In this document: positions 61,632-64,000 of the stretch, in pieces
Position numbering within the stretch: position 1 is the first letter of the stretch
Layout of the letters: every line of letters begins with the position of its first letter
From: Callorhinchus milii
Lineage: Eukaryota
Direction: 5' to 3'
Length of the DNA stretch: 64,000 bases
Assembly: GCF_018977255.1 (NCBI RefSeq)
Contig: NW_024704742.1
Span: 30,010,001 to 30,074,000, forward strand
Program-made: the position numbers and the translations under genes
Notes under the pieces: generated by a model
Databases searched by the model: none
Told to the model about the DNA's origin: nothing
The model's input: only the letters and a program-made list of their open reading frames with translations

Positions 61632-62231
61632 CTGTCACATCAAGGCTTGATTATGGGAACTCCCTCCTCATCGGCCTTCCCAACTCTTCCCTTCACAAGC
61701 TGCAGATCATCCAAAACTCTGCAGCTCGTGTACTCTCGCGCACCAGACTCCGTGACCCCATCACTCCCACCCTCGCCCGACTCCACTGGCTCTCCATCTC
61801 CCGGAGGATCGAGTTCAAGATCCTCGTCTTCACCTTTAAGGCCATCCATGGCCTTGCGCCCTCCTACCTCTCTGACCTGCTATCTCCCTACCAACCTGCC
61901 CGCTCCCTCCGTTCAGCGGGCTCCTGTCTGCTCCATGTCTCCTGCCTGATCTGCCCTACCATTGGTGGCCGGGCTTTCAGCCTCTCTGCCCTCACACTCT
62001 GGAACTCCATCCCACGGTCCCTTCGCCTCGCTTCCTCCCTTGCCTCCTTCAAGGCCGGTCTCAAGACCCTCCTCTTCGATCGTGCCTTCAGTCGCCCTCC
62101 CACCTCTCTGCCTTCCCTCACCCCCACACCACCCCTCCTCCATGCTCGGGCCCTGACACCTGACTGTTCAGCGCTTTGGGATGTCTTCCCGAAGTGAAAG
62201 GCGCTCTATAAATGTAATTTTTTTGTTGTTG
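61632..62231 (+). mobile_element. L2 3' fragment
   Basis: [34 protein letters not shown]...[10 protein letters not shown]; tail. Confidence 0.93.
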
Positions 62232-64000
62232 TCTTTGAAATCCGAGTATCTTGAACTCTCTGCCTCAATCCCTTTACCTTTCTCCCTCCTTGTCCATCTT
62301 CAGATGCACCTGAAGTCCTTCCTCTTCGACCATGCCTCCGGTCACATCCAACTCTCCCAGGCTCGATGTCAAGCTCCACCACTGTTAAGCGATCTGAAGC
62401 CTTGCTCCCATCTGTACGGTGCTCTAGAAATGTAAATTGTTTTCTTTTAGGAATCTCACGCATTGATATTTGCAAACCAGAACTCACCCAAACCAACAGT
62501 TCCTGACCACAAGGATTGTTGATTGGACCCCCAAGGCCAATTACACTATATAGCAAGAGATACTCATGTATTAAAACACATCATCCTCAACTCATTCAAA
62601 GCAACAACAATTTAAATTTATTTATCACCTTCCAATTCGGGGAGACATCTCAACGCACTTAATACAGTGACTGGGAGCCTGAGCTATGTCGGTGTGGTGG
62701 TGGTGGGGGGGTGTCACTGAGGAGGAGGGAGGGGAGGAGATTGTGGTAGACAGTGCAGTGGAAAGTAGATCTCAGGGGGACTCCAAAGAAGGGTAAAGAG
62801 TTCCAGAGATATTTGATCTTGTTCTCCCACCATTCTCCCAGAGAGTAAACAAGCTGAAAAATCCATTTATATTAAAACTTCAGCTGTAACTGGAGGTGAA
62901 TTGATTAGATAGGCCACTGTCACAGGCTGATTGCCTCTCTTTTATGTCACTTCATCCAGCCTTCATTGGCATTATATATGAAGTCTGTGTCTTGTCTAGC
63001 ATTCAAGATCAGTGTGCAAACAGTCCTCCTTTATGGATCCGAGCTCCTGCGGATACAGCAGAGAGGCTTCCTCTGACCCATTTGCAAAGTCCAGGATCAA
63101 GCAGTGAGGTGGATTTGTGGCGAACTTGGGAAGTGACTACAAGGGAGGGAGGGCTCCAGCCTACACTGACTTGTCGCTAAGCAAACTTGGAGGCGGAGGT
63201 GGCTTCATTACATCTAATACTTTTCGGAATTAGGCAATCAAGATATGTCCCTCCAGGGAGAGAGTGCCCATTCCATTCCAACAATCTACCTCTGGGATTT
63301 CCACGTGCAGGTGGGATGTGTAGAAATCTCAGCTTGGTTGGGATACTCTTAAGCCTGGTGGTGGGTTTCCACGCGTGTCAAGACAACCAGGTGACCACAA
63401 AAAAAAGCATATTTATAGAAACATCCTTGGAACTGTATCTGGGGCTTTGATAGTGTGTGTGAGTGACGAATGATTCGTAACACAGGAAATTAAATCAATG
63501 CAAATCTAAACCTAGGTTTTTGAATTCTGAGCAAATCTGTATGATATGCATAACTCGCTCCCATTACACAGTTATAATTCCCGTCTCTCCTTGTCCTGCT
63601 ATTTGTCAGCTCGTTAAGACCTTTTTTCTCAAACTGATTAACAACACAGAGATCACACATGTGCTATTTTTGAAAGGAAAAAGAAAAATTCAACCTAGAA
63701 GAGGCATCTGTTGCCAGGAAACCAGCAACGTATGTCAAAAACTGTTGAGAATTCACAAGAGCAGAGACCAGCTGGCCTAAACAGCCATTGTCCTCATCTA
63801 ATAGAGTACATTTTGCACGTGGATTTTGTTAATTGCTCCATCCTGTTAGTATCAATAGTCTGCCTGTAAGTGTATGTTGGGGGTGGGGGAGGGGAGTGTA
63901 AATTAGACATCTCTAATGGATGAAATGCCAGCTTCCCACTCCATACTAGGAAATCAACCTGAGTGTCTGTGCAGAGTACCACAGGCTGAAGCATCTCATT

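Noticed and set aside
61424..62197. 257-aa ORF as a host gene
   Set aside because: Chance fusion of flanking DNA with an L2 ORF2 C-terminal fragment.
45300..64000. TBC1D9 3' exons and a eutherian-type UCP1 enhancer
   Set aside because: No TBC1D9-like translation seen and no convincing CRE/PPRE cluster; isolated C/EBP-like words (about 45334 and 53028) are too short to call.

Overview
This is repeat-rich vertebrate genomic DNA, most likely from a cartilaginous fish (inferred from DeuSINE/SacSINE1-type SINEs, young L2 LINEs, CR1 and the protein sequences). It holds three protein-coding genes in the same order and orientation as the human chr4 block MGAT4D(-) / ELMOD2(+) / UCP1(-). (1) The first coding exon of an MGAT4-family glycosyltransferase (-, 6998-7088); the rest of the gene lies left of the window. 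(2) A complete ELMOD2 (+) with a CpG-island promoter near 18 kb and 8 coding exons at 21824-30716 (296 aa). (3) A complete, intact uncoupling protein gene (-) with 6 coding exons at 40939-36333 (312 aa); synteny and its C-terminus RQTVDCTT identify it as UCP1. It has a predicted non-coding exon 1, a TATA box and an adjacent perfect ATF4/C-EBP (CARE/AARE) element. All exon phases were checked by hand and join in frame with GT-AG boundaries. The rest is tRNA-Ala-derived SINEs, DeuSINEs, L2 and CR1 fragments, a TA-flanked Tigger/pogo-like MITE with a long internal hairpin, an unclassified ~600-bp repeat, a 650-bp local duplication, and mini/microsatellites including a 1.7-kb (AGTC)n array in UCP1 intron 1. 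Nearly all ORF-track entries are spurious repeat translations. I see no prokaryote-type system. The best leads are the UCP1 regulatory architecture and the retroelement nesting patterns.
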